57,832 nucleotides of DNA from a virus (lineage: Duplodnaviria > Caudoviricetes): IMG/VR virus record IMGVR_UViG_3300047554_001015, positions 1 to 57,832 of that record; one strand, written 5' to 3'. Below the pieces are notes generated by a model. The model was not told where the DNA came from. It searched no databases and saw only the letters and a list, made by a program, of their open reading frames with translations. Positions 7,666-16,776 of this stretch are shown here, one piece after another. Each line of letters opens with the position of its first letter. The stretch's first letter is position 1. Both the position numbers and the translations under genes were made by a program.

Positions 7666-8790
7666 TTAACTCCTGACTTGAACCGGCATCACCAGGTACA
7701 GCACTCGGTCAGCCCCCAGCGGCTCAATAATGACGGGGGCCGTGGCATTACTCAGGCTGATCTTGGTTTCGGCAGAGCCTGAGATTTTGAGACCATCCTG
7801 CAAGTATTTGCAGTTAAAGGCAATCTCCAAGTTGCCGCCTTGAATTTGGGCATCTAGCGCCTCTCTGCCGCTGCCCACGTCCACTGTTTCCACAGAGAGT
7901 AGAACTGATTGGCTTGTAACATCAATGCCCAGCTTGACCACGTTGTTTTTGTGGTCTGCCAGGGTTGCAACCCGGTCGATCGCCGCTATCAGTTGCTTGC
8001 GGTCTGCCACAACCTCAAGGGCAAAACGCTGTGGAATCAGTTGGTTGTAATTGGGGTATTGCCCATCCAGAGTCCGGGTTGTCAGGCACTGGTCACCCCA
8101 ATGGAAGAGCAGTTGACCCTGATCAAAATAGAGGGCCACGGTGTCATCTTCCTTGGATGGTGCCAGCAACTTCTCCAAGTCCCGCATGGCACGGGCTGGA
8201 ATGGTTACCTCAAAATCCCAGGGTTCTGGCTCAGCATCATCCGGTTGCGCCTCAAACTGATACCGGGCAAGCCGATGGCCATCCGTGGCGGCAAACTCCA
8301 AAGACTGCCCCCGTGCTGTCAGATGCACCCCGGTCAGCACTTGCTTGGTCTCATCGGTGCTGCAAATGCTTGCCGTGGATCGGATGCCAGTAATCAGGGC
8401 ACTAGCAGGAATTTCCACAGCCTCACCCTGTGGGGTTGGCAGGTCGGGATACTCCTCTGAGGGCATCCCCATAATTTTGTAACGCCCCCTGCTAGTGGCA
8501 ATCACCATTTGCTCCTGAAGGTCAAACAGGATCGCCTCATTGGGGAGACGGGTCACAATCTCGCTAAGGGTGCGGGCGGGAAGGGTGATGGTGCCCGGTG
8601 TTTCCACAGTGGCGGCAACGGTGACCCGAATGCCGATAGATAGGTCAAATGCGGTTAGGGTGATGCGGCTGGAATCAGCCACGATCAAAACATTAGAGAG
8701 GATGGGGTGACCTGTGGATCGTGATGAGATTGCCCGTCCTACCATCCCAAGGGCGGCTGCAAACTCATCCTGTGAGCATTGGAATTTCAT
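7666..8790 (-). CDS. dnaN: DNA polymerase III beta subunit (sliding clamp)
   Basis: 374 aa; HPILSNVL, AFDLSIGI, ATDGHRLA, LDGQYPNY, IAFNxKYL, YLVMPVQVR. Confidence 0.97.
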   Translation of the reverse strand: MKFQCSQDEFAAALGMVGRAISSRSTGHPILSNVLIVADSSRITLTAFDLSIGIRVTVAATVETPGTITLPARTLSEIVTRLPNEAILFDLQEQMVIATSRGRYKIMGMPSEEYPDLPTPQGEAVEIPASALITGIRSTASICSTDETKQVLTGVHLTARGQSLEFAATDGHRLARYQFEAQPDDAEPEPWDFEVTIPARAMRDLEKLLAPSKEDDTVALYFDQGQLLFHWGDQCLTTRTLDGQYPNYNQLIPQRFALEVVADRKQLIAAIDRVATLADHKNNVVKLGIDVTSQSVLLSVETVDVGSGREALDAQIQGGNLEIAFNCKYLQDGLKISGSAETKISLSNATAPVIIEPLGADRVLYLVMPVQVRS

Positions 8791-9558
8791 TTAGGCACGT
8801 CCCTGGTTTTGGCGAATGCGGCTCACCTTTTCCCACGGGTCCAAACCTGCAAAGCCTGGGTCATTGCCACCGGGCACCCCAGTGATGCCAAATCCCGACT
8901 TTTCGTTTCCTTTGAAATGACGGGCAAACCAAATATGGCTCGGATCACCCTTCAGTTCCTCAATTAGTTGCCGCACCGTCTTGGGCACAGACCGGCCTTG
9001 GTCAACCACAAATTCGGGCTGACCATCTGGCCCCACAACCTGAAGCTTGCCATCTGGCCCGAAGGCGACCCGCCCCTGTAGCGCATGGGCAACTGCTACG
9101 AACTCACCGGGCAACCCTTCAGCCTTGTGGAACTCCTCTTGGAGCAATTGGTCCCGCTTGAAATTGGTGTACTCGGTTGCGGTTTGGTTTAGCCGCTCCT
9201 CAAGTTCCTGGATGCGGGGGCGAAATTGGCCTTCAGTTTCGGCCTTGGCTTGGGCCACAATCTGGGCTTGCTGAGCCTCAATCTCTTGCTGACGCTTGGC
9301 AATTTCTAGGGCTTCTCTGGCCTTTTCAGGGTCCAGGCCGCTAAATGCTTCAAGCTGGCTCTTAAGGGCTTTCAATTCCTTGGCATATTGCCGCGCCTGT
9401 TCCCGCTCTTTGCCTAGCGCCCCTTTGAGGCGTTCCACATCATCAGTCGGTTCGGGGCTGTCATCGGGTTCGGTCTCAATGCGGTTGATGCCATCCCATT
9501 GTGGGATAGCGATATTGAGGAGCCATTGGGGGGAACGGGCAATAAACTTGGTTTTCAT
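8791..9558 (-). CDS. capsid scaffolding protein
   Basis: Acidic N-terminus, long coiled coil (LKGALGKERE...LDPEKAREAL), HFKG..KSGFG near C-terminus. Confidence 0.7.
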   Translation of the reverse strand: MKTKFIARSPQWLLNIAIPQWDGINRIETEPDDSPEPTDDVERLKGALGKEREQARQYAKELKALKSQLEAFSGLDPEKAREALEIAKRQQEIEAQQAQIVAQAKAETEGQFRPRIQELEERLNQTATEYTNFKRDQLLQEEFHKAEGLPGEFVAVAHALQGRVAFGPDGKLQVVGPDGQPEFVVDQGRSVPKTVRQLIEELKGDPSHIWFARHFKGNEKSGFGITGVPGGNDPGFAGLDPWEKVSRIRQNQGRA

Positions 9559-9588
9559 AAGCATCACGCTTTCTTGTGGCATCACGCC
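9559..9588 (-). promoter_or_regulatory. tandem GUGAU-loop RNA hairpins in scaffold leader
   Basis: GGC-GUGAU-GCC (9588-9578) and AAGC-GUGAU-GCUU (9571-9559), the latter abutting the AUG. Confidence 0.6.
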
Positions 9589-9631
9589 GGTCGGTTTTAA
9601 GTTTACCGCAAAAATAGATTTAGATAATGTG

Positions 9632-9660
9632 TTGACAGCGTGGCAGCAATATCCTATATT
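9632..9660 (+). promoter_or_regulatory. sigma70-type early promoter
   Basis: TTGACA-gcgtggcagcaatatcc-TATATT (N17). Confidence 0.85.
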
Positions 9661-9700
9661 GGATTCAGTTCAGAAAACGAGACCTACAGAGGACAAGCAA

Positions 9701-9922
9701 ATGACCTTCACTAACACTGCCGAAGCCAAAGCCCACTACGCCAAGCTGATTGAAACCGTCCCCAGCCAACTCGATATTTTCCGCAGCTTGGACACTGCCC
9801 GCAGCTTCTGCAACCGTTGCTGCAAAGGTCACGCCGTAATCATGCTAGAAGATGGGCTGGCCGCTGTAACAACCCTCAGGCTTGCTGCACGGCTAGAAAA
9901 GCTAGGCTATGAGTTTGCATAA
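9701..9922 (+). CDS. hypothetical early protein (73 aa)
   Basis: Own promoter, GAGG SD and terminator; contains QLDIF. Confidence 0.7.
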   Translation: MTFTNTAEAKAHYAKLIETVPSQLDIFRSLDTARSFCNRCCKGHAVIMLEDGLAAVTTLRLAARLEKLGYEFA

Positions 9923-9942
9923 AGCCTAGCCAAGGAATCCCG

Positions 9943-9968
9943 GCCCCAGTTAACCGCTGGGGCTTTTT
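9943..9968 (+). terminator. intrinsic terminator
   Basis: GCCCCAG-TTAACCG-CTGGGGC-TTTTT. Confidence 0.8.
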
Positions 9969-9973
9969 GGTGT

Positions 9974-10825
9974 CTAGGGCTTGCGTGCAGACTCATGCAG
10001 GATCTTGGGCACAGCATTTTCCCACAAAACCTTATGGTGTAGCCGTTTATGGTTCTGGCCCAACTGAGTAATTCTGACGGCAGATGGGCAATACATGATG
10101 GTGTAAAAGCTTTTGACGAATGTACCAGCGTCTAGATACATATCAGTCAGCCCGCCCGGATTTGACTGCGTTTGTAGCTGAGTGATTCTTGCATCATGGA
10201 CAGACAAAAACAGCCCACCCTTGTGCCCTAGTGCAACATAGGTGTTCACATCATCATTCATCCTTCCAAGGAACTGAAAAGGCTTGTCTGTGGAACAGAA
10301 AAAAGTCTGCATTACTTTTCTTTTGCATGATTTCCTTGTTCCACTGCCACCATAGCCACCCATAAAATCTCCCCCTTGAGCCATAGCAACAGAGAGGAAT
10401 GGTGTCTTTTCCAAAAAGTCAACGAAGGCATTAAATATCTCATCAATACTCAAGAGTCGTTTTTGTTTAATCACTCCTTCGGCATTGCAAGTAAAAGAAA
10501 ACTCTGTGTAGTCATCATCCAGTTCCACGAAATATTTGTAGCCAAGTTTTTTGGCAATAGCAAAGCACTCATTTCTGGCATAAACCACAGATGCCCGACT
10601 GTCTCGGTTGTCCCCTGCGTCGGTGACTTTAGCCGCATCAGCTTTGCAAAACTGAATAACCTTGTCGCCGTAGTTTTTGCGATATTGCTCCACTGTGGCA
10701 TCTTCATCATCCACGACAATAAACCATGGTCCTGTGTAGCCTGAGTTCCTCAATGATTGCAAGGTTCTAATGTTGTCTGGCCGACCGTGACTGAGAATGA
10801 GAACACAAAAATCTTTCCTAATCAT
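9974..10825 (-). CDS. GT-A glycosyltransferase, TET-associated (TAGT)/GREB1-like family
   Basis: ILSHGRPD, IVVDDED, YARN, ELDDDY (DxD), GRMNDDV, QSNPGG..D.Y. Confidence 0.75.
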   Translation of the reverse strand: MIRKDFCVLILSHGRPDNIRTLQSLRNSGYTGPWFIVVDDEDATVEQYRKNYGDKVIQFCKADAAKVTDAGDNRDSRASVVYARNECFAIAKKLGYKYFVELDDDYTEFSFTCNAEGVIKQKRLLSIDEIFNAFVDFLEKTPFLSVAMAQGGDFMGGYGGSGTRKSCKRKVMQTFFCSTDKPFQFLGRMNDDVNTYVALGHKGGLFLSVHDARITQLQTQSNPGGLTDMYLDAGTFVKSFYTIMYCPSAVRITQLGQNHKRLHHKVLWENAVPKILHESARKP

Positions 10826-11623
10826 CACCGTAGTCCTTGGAATACTGAGACCGAATCGACTCACAAAGCATTACATAGTTTTTCTCGATAGCTTGGTCAA
10901 AGTCAATAATGACCAGTGCAGAGTCTTCCATAAGTCTTTGGATCTCAGGGGATGCGCCTGCATAATATTCTGCGATCTTGCCAAAGTTAAAAACAGTATG
11001 GCGGTATGCTGCCATCTTGAGAAATTCCACAACATGGGGGTCATCAATGTCAGCATCAGAAATCCTCTTTATCATTTCCTTTGTCTTGTGTGGGTCGTAA
11101 AGGTCTGAGATGTCTGGATTCTCCCCCGTTGGCGTGTAAATTGGTGCCTCAATCTTGCGGGTATAAACTTCCTCATCCCCGTCATCATCAATGTCCCCCT
11201 CCATGTCCCAACCATCAAGCCCCTCTATTTCCTCATCAGTAAACAGCCAGGAAATATCAATCTCATCCGCCACAACCTTCAGAGCGTCAATGTCCCAATT
11301 AAGGCCAAGTTCAGAGGCTCGGTTATCAGTAACCGCCAGCTTTTTGGCCTTGGGGTCTGTGGATAAATCTAGGTCAGTCCGTTGTACCACAACAACGCGA
11401 TCGCCCGTGGTCTCAACGATGACCACATCCTCAATCCCAGCATCTAACGCGGCTGCGGCGGTTTTGTTGCCAGCGATGATGTAGCCGTTTTTGTCCACAA
11501 GGATGGACCGACCGGCCCCCATTCTGCCAGGGATTGCTTGATAACATTGCGCCCCCGCTCAGTCCCTAGGTTGAGGTTGTTTGGGTCTTGCTGTAGGTCA
11601 GAGAGTTTTAGTTTTTTAGCCAT
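10818..11623 (-). CDS. ParB/Srx-like N-terminal domain protein with uncharacterised C-terminal domain; frame broken at 11516-11522
   Basis: MAKKLKLSDLQQDPNNLNLGTERGRNVIKQSLAE (11623-11522) continues in the -1 frame as GAGRSILVDKNGYIIAGNKT...LAVTDNRASE..WD. Confidence 0.75.
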
Positions 11624-11637
11624 GGTTTCAATTTAGG

Positions 11638-12018
11638 TTAACCCCGCATCAATATTCCCATCCCGGATCGCCCTCCCGTTGTGGGACCGGTAATCCCTAG
11701 TAGTGCCCGGATGCGGTTTTTGATTCGGGCCATTTCAGAGGTGAAGCCGGTGGTACGTCTCCCCCCCGGTTCCCACTCCAGAACGTCAGCTTTGATTAGT
11801 GCCGCGTTGACACTACCTTGCTCAGTAGTGAGGGCTGCATCAATGGTGTCCAGGGTATCAAGGTCGGCTTGGATTTCAGGCACCAATCCCGGCAACTGGG
11901 TTTCAGTCCGCACCATTTGCGCCCTTACGAATTCCTCACCCTGGGAAGTGAAGGGCTGAATCTCCAGATATTTAATAACCCGGATCAGGTCGTTTTCCAC
12001 AAATAAGGTAAAGGCCAT
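11638..12018 (-). CDS. putative head-tail adaptor protein
   Basis: Follows portal; IKADVLEWEP...RIRALLGI pattern and size typical of adaptors. Confidence 0.5.
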   Translation of the reverse strand: MAFTLFVENDLIRVIKYLEIQPFTSQGEEFVRAQMVRTETQLPGLVPEIQADLDTLDTIDAALTTEQGSVNAALIKADVLEWEPGGRRTTGFTSEMARIKNRIRALLGITGPTTGGRSGMGILMRG

Positions 12019-13437
12019 TTAGAAATCCTCATCATCACTAAGGTCTGCCGGTTCAATCTGTGGGGTTGTCTGCTCTTGGTTTCGCTCGGTCCCCAGCCGC
12101 TCAAGTTCTTGCTCCACATCAAAATTGGGGGGCAACTGGCGACCCATCCGCAGCAATTCCAAAAGCGTTTGGTGGCTCAGCACCCCAGCATTAAAGAGAC
12201 CCAGCAAGGCTTGAATCTCCTGAGGCTCCAGGGGAACCTCCAAAACGGATTCGTCTTGCTGAACCTCAGTATTGTTTTCCTCACCCGTGAATAGACACCA
12301 CAGGCCAAGAATGGCTTTGACTGCTGAAGCCTTGGCGCGGGCATAGCCGGTTAGGGAAGCACTCAGGCTCATTGCCGCCAAGCTGGACTCCGTTGCCGTG
12401 CGGGATACCTTGCTGCCTCCCACCAAAAACGCCCCCGTCTCCCGATCAATGTCCCGCTTGATTTCATCAATACTGACCTGAAGCGCCGCGATCGACTGCC
12501 CCGATATTTCCAGCACCCCAACATCATCCCCCTGCATCAGTTCAATAATCCAGGATGCCCCTAGGGTCATGGGTGGCCGCAGTTCCAAAGGGTCTTCGGA
12601 CTTGCGCCACAGCGTGGGACAGTTGACCCGGTACTCAATCTCATCCAGTGCCGAATCTTTTTGGAATAGCTTGATATTGAGCAATGCGGCTTTGTAAAAC
12701 GGGGGAATCTCAGTCCCAAAGGGTGAGGCCGTGAACGGGTAGCAGATTAGAGGGATTTGGGGCAGATTGGAGACCGTTGAGGAAATCGTTACCACATTGT
12801 CCCGGTCGTCAATTTCCAAGACCTCATGCTGAACCCCCGCATCAATCAGACTGAGGACGTGGTAACGGTGGACCGATTTGGTGCCAAAGCGACCATCTTC
12901 CACCCGCTCACAAAGGCCGACCGTAACCTGGGTCAAAACCTGAGACCCACCAATATCTACCAGCCGCCAATTCAAAACCGACCGGCGATCGATTAAATGC
13001 AGCTTGGGTCGCACCGGATTGACCAGCCGATCCGCCGCAGTCCGTTCCCCCGTGGCTGGGGGTGAATCCACAAGGATGAAACAATGCCGGTCCCGCTGAG
13101 CCATGGCATCGGCATTCCGCAGAAAGCTTTTTAGGTCTGCCCCGTTGCCGTCAACATCATCCTCATACTCCTCAAGGCTTGGCGGATAATCGCCAATCTC
13201 GAAGGCTGTCAGTAGCCCAGCATTGGCATCGATCGCCGGTCTAATCCGGTTGTTAAAAACTGCCCGCGCTACCCGGTCCTTGTAGGGCTTATCCCGCTCA
13301 TTGTCGGCCTTGGGTAGATAGCGCTCTTTTACCCCGTAAAGGTCACCATAGCAATCTCCCACAACGGTTAGGATTGGGGCCATGTGGTCATAATCGGGGT
13401 GATGATAATCGGGGCGATCTTGGGGATTTGTGGCCAT
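12019..13437 (-). CDS. portal protein (DUF4055-like)
   Basis: YLPK..ER..Y..R..RA.F.N, DVDGNG, ILVD.P, NWR, TATE; follows terminase. Confidence 0.85.
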   Translation of the reverse strand: MATNPQDRPDYHHPDYDHMAPILTVVGDCYGDLYGVKERYLPKADNERDKPYKDRVARAVFNNRIRPAIDANAGLLTAFEIGDYPPSLEEYEDDVDGNGADLKSFLRNADAMAQRDRHCFILVDSPPATGERTAADRLVNPVRPKLHLIDRRSVLNWRLVDIGGSQVLTQVTVGLCERVEDGRFGTKSVHRYHVLSLIDAGVQHEVLEIDDRDNVVTISSTVSNLPQIPLICYPFTASPFGTEIPPFYKAALLNIKLFQKDSALDEIEYRVNCPTLWRKSEDPLELRPPMTLGASWIIELMQGDDVGVLEISGQSIAALQVSIDEIKRDIDRETGAFLVGGSKVSRTATESSLAAMSLSASLTGYARAKASAVKAILGLWCLFTGEENNTEVQQDESVLEVPLEPQEIQALLGLFNAGVLSHQTLLELLRMGRQLPPNFDVEQELERLGTERNQEQTTPQIEPADLSDDEDF

Positions 13438-13457
13438 GGCTGCTGTGGGTTTTTGCT

Positions 13458-13466
13458 AGAGTTCCC
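13458..13466 (-). promoter_or_regulatory. late promoter motif GGGAACTCT
   Basis: 20 nt upstream of portal ATG. Confidence 0.7.
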
Positions 13467-13468
13467 AT

Positions 13469-14908
13469 TTACCCAAACCGTGCAGGGCTAGCCCCCATGG
13501 CTCCCCGCTTGCGTTTGTAGATATCGGTGGCAATAGCATAGCGGGTTGCATCGGTCGCGTGGTCTTGCTGGCCCGGTGCGGGGTCATCCAGGAAATTGCC
13601 GTCTTTGTCCTGCTTGCGGTGGTAGGCCGCCATTTCCTCCCACAGTAGATCACAATGGGGAGACCGGAACAAAAGCCGGTTGTGGTATAGCAGCCCATTG
13701 ATGGAATTGTTGCCCTCAGAGACTCCGGTAAAGGCCGATCCAACCCGGCAGTTTCTGAGGGCTTTTTTCCACACCTCAATCGAAGCCGGTCGGTCGTGCC
13801 CACAGTGAATGTGGCGGATGCCCCAACGCTCTACCATCTCGGTCGCCCGTTGCAAATGCTCATGAGCTAGCACGTTCTGGCCCGTGTCGCTGTACCAATA
13901 TTCCAGAACCCAATAGGTATCCTCCCCCAGTGCTGAGACCACTCCCACAACGGAGAGGGCCGGGTTTACATCCCCCCAGTCCACGCCTAGGACAACCCGA
14001 TCAAACCGTTCAGGCACAGCCTTGACCTTGTGGTGTTGGTCCAAGTGGTCAAAGATTTGGCCGGGGAAATCCTCAAAGCTTGCCTCATGTTCTTGGCGGA
14101 AAATGCGGGGGGCTAGGACTTGGCGCGATCGCTCAATTTCTGCCAGCGCTTCCGGGGGCAGCTTGTCATTGTCGGTCGTGATGTAGTGGAAGCTTTTCCA
14201 GTCATCAAAGGTTTCCGCCCTCAGGTAGAACTCATGCAGGTGGTTGATCTTGCCCTTGGGGGTGCCCGTTATCAATGCTGTGGAACCGGGAGTGTCGGCC
14301 ATGGCAGGAACAATGACTTCATCAAAAATGCCCCGCTTCACGTCTTGGAATTCGTCACAGTTGATATGGGCAATTCTGAGACCACGGGCGCGATCTCCAT
14401 CCTGGTCATTCAGCCCTAGGCAAATGATATCGGGCCGGTAAAATGCCCCTCCCTCAGGCTGGACAAACCGAATGGTGTAGTCAGAACGGTTTATCACCTC
14501 AACTGTGGGATGGTCGGTCAGCAGATTTAGCAGCGGCTTCCAAAAGATTTTCTTACATTGGGTGAGGGTGGGCATTGCAAACACCACAATGGGGGGAGAC
14601 TCTGGGCTGTAAGCATAGCGAATTCTCCCCCCCGTGGGATTGGGCAACCCCAACATTGCCGCCATCAATCCCGTCCTGAGAGCCAACCGGCTTTTGCCCC
14701 AACGTCTCCCACAGACCACAACCCGAAACCGGGCAAAGTCAGCAAAAACTTCAGCCTGGGTCTTGTGCAGTGGGGCGATCGTTGCCGTCTTCTGGGAAAA
14801 ACTCAGTTGCTGCCCGGTCTGCAACTTTGCCCTGAGGTTCGGACTCAGTTCCGTTTGAAATTGTATAGCCAGCGGCCTGAACCGCTTTGAGATGGTCTGC
14901 TGTTCCAA
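13469..14908 (-). CDS. terL: terminase large subunit
   Basis: GRRWGKS Walker A, INCDE Walker B, TGTPKG, GVDWG nuclease motif, DHATDATRYA; start uncertain. Confidence 0.93.
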   Translation of the reverse strand: MEQQTISKRFRPLAIQFQTELSPNLRAKLQTGQQLSFSQKTATIAPLHKTQAEVFADFARFRVVVCGRRWGKSRLALRTGLMAAMLGLPNPTGGRIRYAYSPESPPIVVFAMPTLTQCKKIFWKPLLNLLTDHPTVEVINRSDYTIRFVQPEGGAFYRPDIICLGLNDQDGDRARGLRIAHINCDEFQDVKRGIFDEVIVPAMADTPGSTALITGTPKGKINHLHEFYLRAETFDDWKSFHYITTDNDKLPPEALAEIERSRQVLAPRIFRQEHEASFEDFPGQIFDHLDQHHKVKAVPERFDRVVLGVDWGDVNPALSVVGVVSALGEDTYWVLEYWYSDTGQNVLAHEHLQRATEMVERWGIRHIHCGHDRPASIEVWKKALRNCRVGSAFTGVSEGNNSINGLLYHNRLLFRSPHCDLLWEEMAAYHRKQDKDGNFLDDPAPGQQDHATDATRYAIATDIYKRKRGAMGASPARFG

Positions 14909-15239
14909 ACTTCAACCCCAGCAACTCAGAACGATGGCGACTGATTTCTAAGCAGTGCCAGTATTTTTCCTTGAGATAGGACTTGTTATAAAGATCATCC
15001 ATCATGGCAATCTCACGCGCCAAGAGTTCCTCCCTCTCAGCGGCAAGATCATCCATCATGCGCTTTCTGGCTTTGGCAATGTAATCATAGGCAGTACGTT
15101 CTACCACCCCCCACTCTTGAGAGGCGTACTGAATGATCTTGTCTTTGGGTTCACAGCGTAAAAGCAGCGTATAAACCACGTTGATACGCCGCTGATAGTC
15201 TGCCTGTCCTGTCTTGTAGTTTTGCTGTTTCTTAGCCAC
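14751..15239 (-). CDS. terS: terminase small subunit (HTH)
   Basis: HTH-like WGVVERTAYDYI, ELLGL; directly upstream of terL. Confidence 0.65.
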   Translation of the reverse strand: MAKKQQNYKTGQADYQRRINVVYTLLLRCEPKDKIIQYASQEWGVVERTAYDYIAKARKRMMDDLAAEREELLAREIAMMDDLYNKSYLKEKYWHCLEISRHRSELLGLKFGTADHLKAVQAAGYTISNGTESEPQGKVADRAATEFFPEDGNDRPTAQDPG

Positions 15240-15268
15240 CGATTCCGCCCTAGGCTTTTCCCTTTAGC

Positions 15269-15703
15269 CTACACCGAAAACTCAATAGTGCCATCATTCC
15301 CCACAATAATCGGGACAGAGGCACCCCCTGCAATGGTGTTGAGACTGTCAATTTCCTCAGGACTCAGCGGCGGATCCAATACCTCAATCAGCCCATCCCA
15401 CAGGAATTTAATCTCTACCCCGATTGTGGAATCGCTCTGAAACTGCCATAGGCTTGAGGCAATCACAGCCCCAACCGCTGGGTTTGAGTTTAGCACCCGT
15501 TTCCACCCACCATCGGCATACAGGGCAATCCTGAAGGCTTTCCAGTCTGGGGGAGTGGGGTCCACCCAATTGTCCACAATGGTTTGAGCTGCGGCCCGTT
15601 GCTCCTCTGTTGCCTCAGGCTTAAAAACAATCCGCCCGGTGTTGTCAACCGATTCAATCGGCGCAACAACCTCGATCGCCAAATGCAATGCTAAGACATT
15701 CAT
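15269..15703 (-). CDS. putative tail fibre assembly/chaperone protein
   Basis: Follows fibre gene; PPDWKAF motif shared with 53107-53514. Confidence 0.5.
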   Translation of the reverse strand: MNVLALHLAIEVVAPIESVDNTGRIVFKPEATEEQRAAAQTIVDNWVDPTPPDWKAFRIALYADGGWKRVLNSNPAVGAVIASSLWQFQSDSTIGVEIKFLWDGLIEVLDPPLSPEEIDSLNTIAGGASVPIIVGNDGTIEFSV

Positions 15704-16740
15704 ATAAAGATAAATCCTTCAACACCAACAGACTGATCTCCAGAACCTTCGTGGTTTGTTAACCCTGATGTTTTCTCGATCAAAGCAAAGAAATGATACC
15801 CAACGTCTGTAACCTCTCCATAAAAGCCAGCCCCAACCGACTGGGCACTTGCCGAAACAGTCTCGACTTGTTGCTCAAAAATGAAGCCACTTGGGGACAA
15901 TACCGTGTTTTTTCCAATCGCAGAGTATGCACCAACGGACCCTTGCATTGCTTGGACGTAAAACAAATTAAGTGGAACAGGTAGCCCACAAACAAAGTAA
16001 ACAGAAGCGTTGCTGGTGTCATTGTTTATGGCTCTCCATGCCCCTCCCGTGTTAGATGTCCAGCTAACAGCGGCAGTGTAATATTTAGCCAAAACACGAC
16101 TTACAACATTTGCCGCATTAAACACAAATCGGCGAGTTTTTGAGTCCTCGCACTGACCTGTTGTTGCGGTTGTCCGAATCGTGCCTAAATAACGCCGCTT
16201 GTCGGAGTTTTTAACCCAAATTCCTTCAAGCTGAGAAATAGAACTAGCGCGGGTCGAAGTTCCTGCGCCGCTATTGCTCCACGCCACAGCCTCAAGGGTA
16301 AGGGTGCCGGAATTATTCCACAGGAAAAGGTCATAATTCGTGTTAGCTGCTAACCCTGAAAGGCTCAGGCTCCTCTCAGTAAACTGGTACAAATCCCAAC
16401 GGGTTAGCCCTGTGTCATACAGGGCAACATAGTCCCCAGTGTAAGGCGTGTAATAAAGCGTAGTCTTGGCGGTCTGGTCAGTTGTAGAAACAGGAACCCC
16501 AGTCTCTAGGGTCAGCCGCCCTTGTGCTACAGCAGCGATTCCAAGCTGGCGGAATGCTACAGCAGACGCGATAGACTGGGCATCTCCCCCAAGGGCTTGC
16601 TCGTAAAGGTACTGATCGCGGGATGCCAGTTCCCGAAAAAACTTGCCGGGGAAATTGGTTTCATTCCCGCCCAGTGCGATATCTGTAATTTCTGGCCGAG
16701 TTACTGGAACCCAGCCATCGGAATCCGTGATTGCAACCAT
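15700..16740 (-). CDS. tail fibre protein
   Basis: GG..N.....LASRDQYL baseplate-anchor motif, GRLTLETG.P, follows gpI-like gene. Confidence 0.75.
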   Translation of the reverse strand: MVAITDSDGWVPVTRPEITDIALGGNETNFPGKFFRELASRDQYLYEQALGGDAQSIASAVAFRQLGIAAVAQGRLTLETGVPVSTTDQTAKTTLYYTPYTGDYVALYDTGLTRWDLYQFTERSLSLSGLAANTNYDLFLWNNSGTLTLEAVAWSNSGAGTSTRASSISQLEGIWVKNSDKRRYLGTIRTTATTGQCEDSKTRRFVFNAANVVSRVLAKYYTAAVSWTSNTGGAWRAINNDTSNASVYFVCGLPVPLNLFYVQAMQGSVGAYSAIGKNTVLSPSGFIFEQQVETVSASAQSVGAGFYGEVTDVGYHFFALIEKTSGLTNHEGSGDQSVGVEGFIFI

Positions 16741-16762
16741 GGCCTAAATTTAACTTTTCCCT

Positions 16763-16771
16763 AGGGTTCCC
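16763..16771 (-). promoter_or_regulatory. late promoter motif GGGAACCCT
   Basis: 22 nt upstream of tail fibre ATG. Confidence 0.7.
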
Positions 16772-16776
16772 ACAGG

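Noticed and set aside
9296-9700. Long plus-strand ORF 9296-9922 and the many other antisense ORFs in the track
   Set aside because: Shadow frames of real genes in GC-rich DNA; only 9701-9922 has a promoter, SD and terminator.
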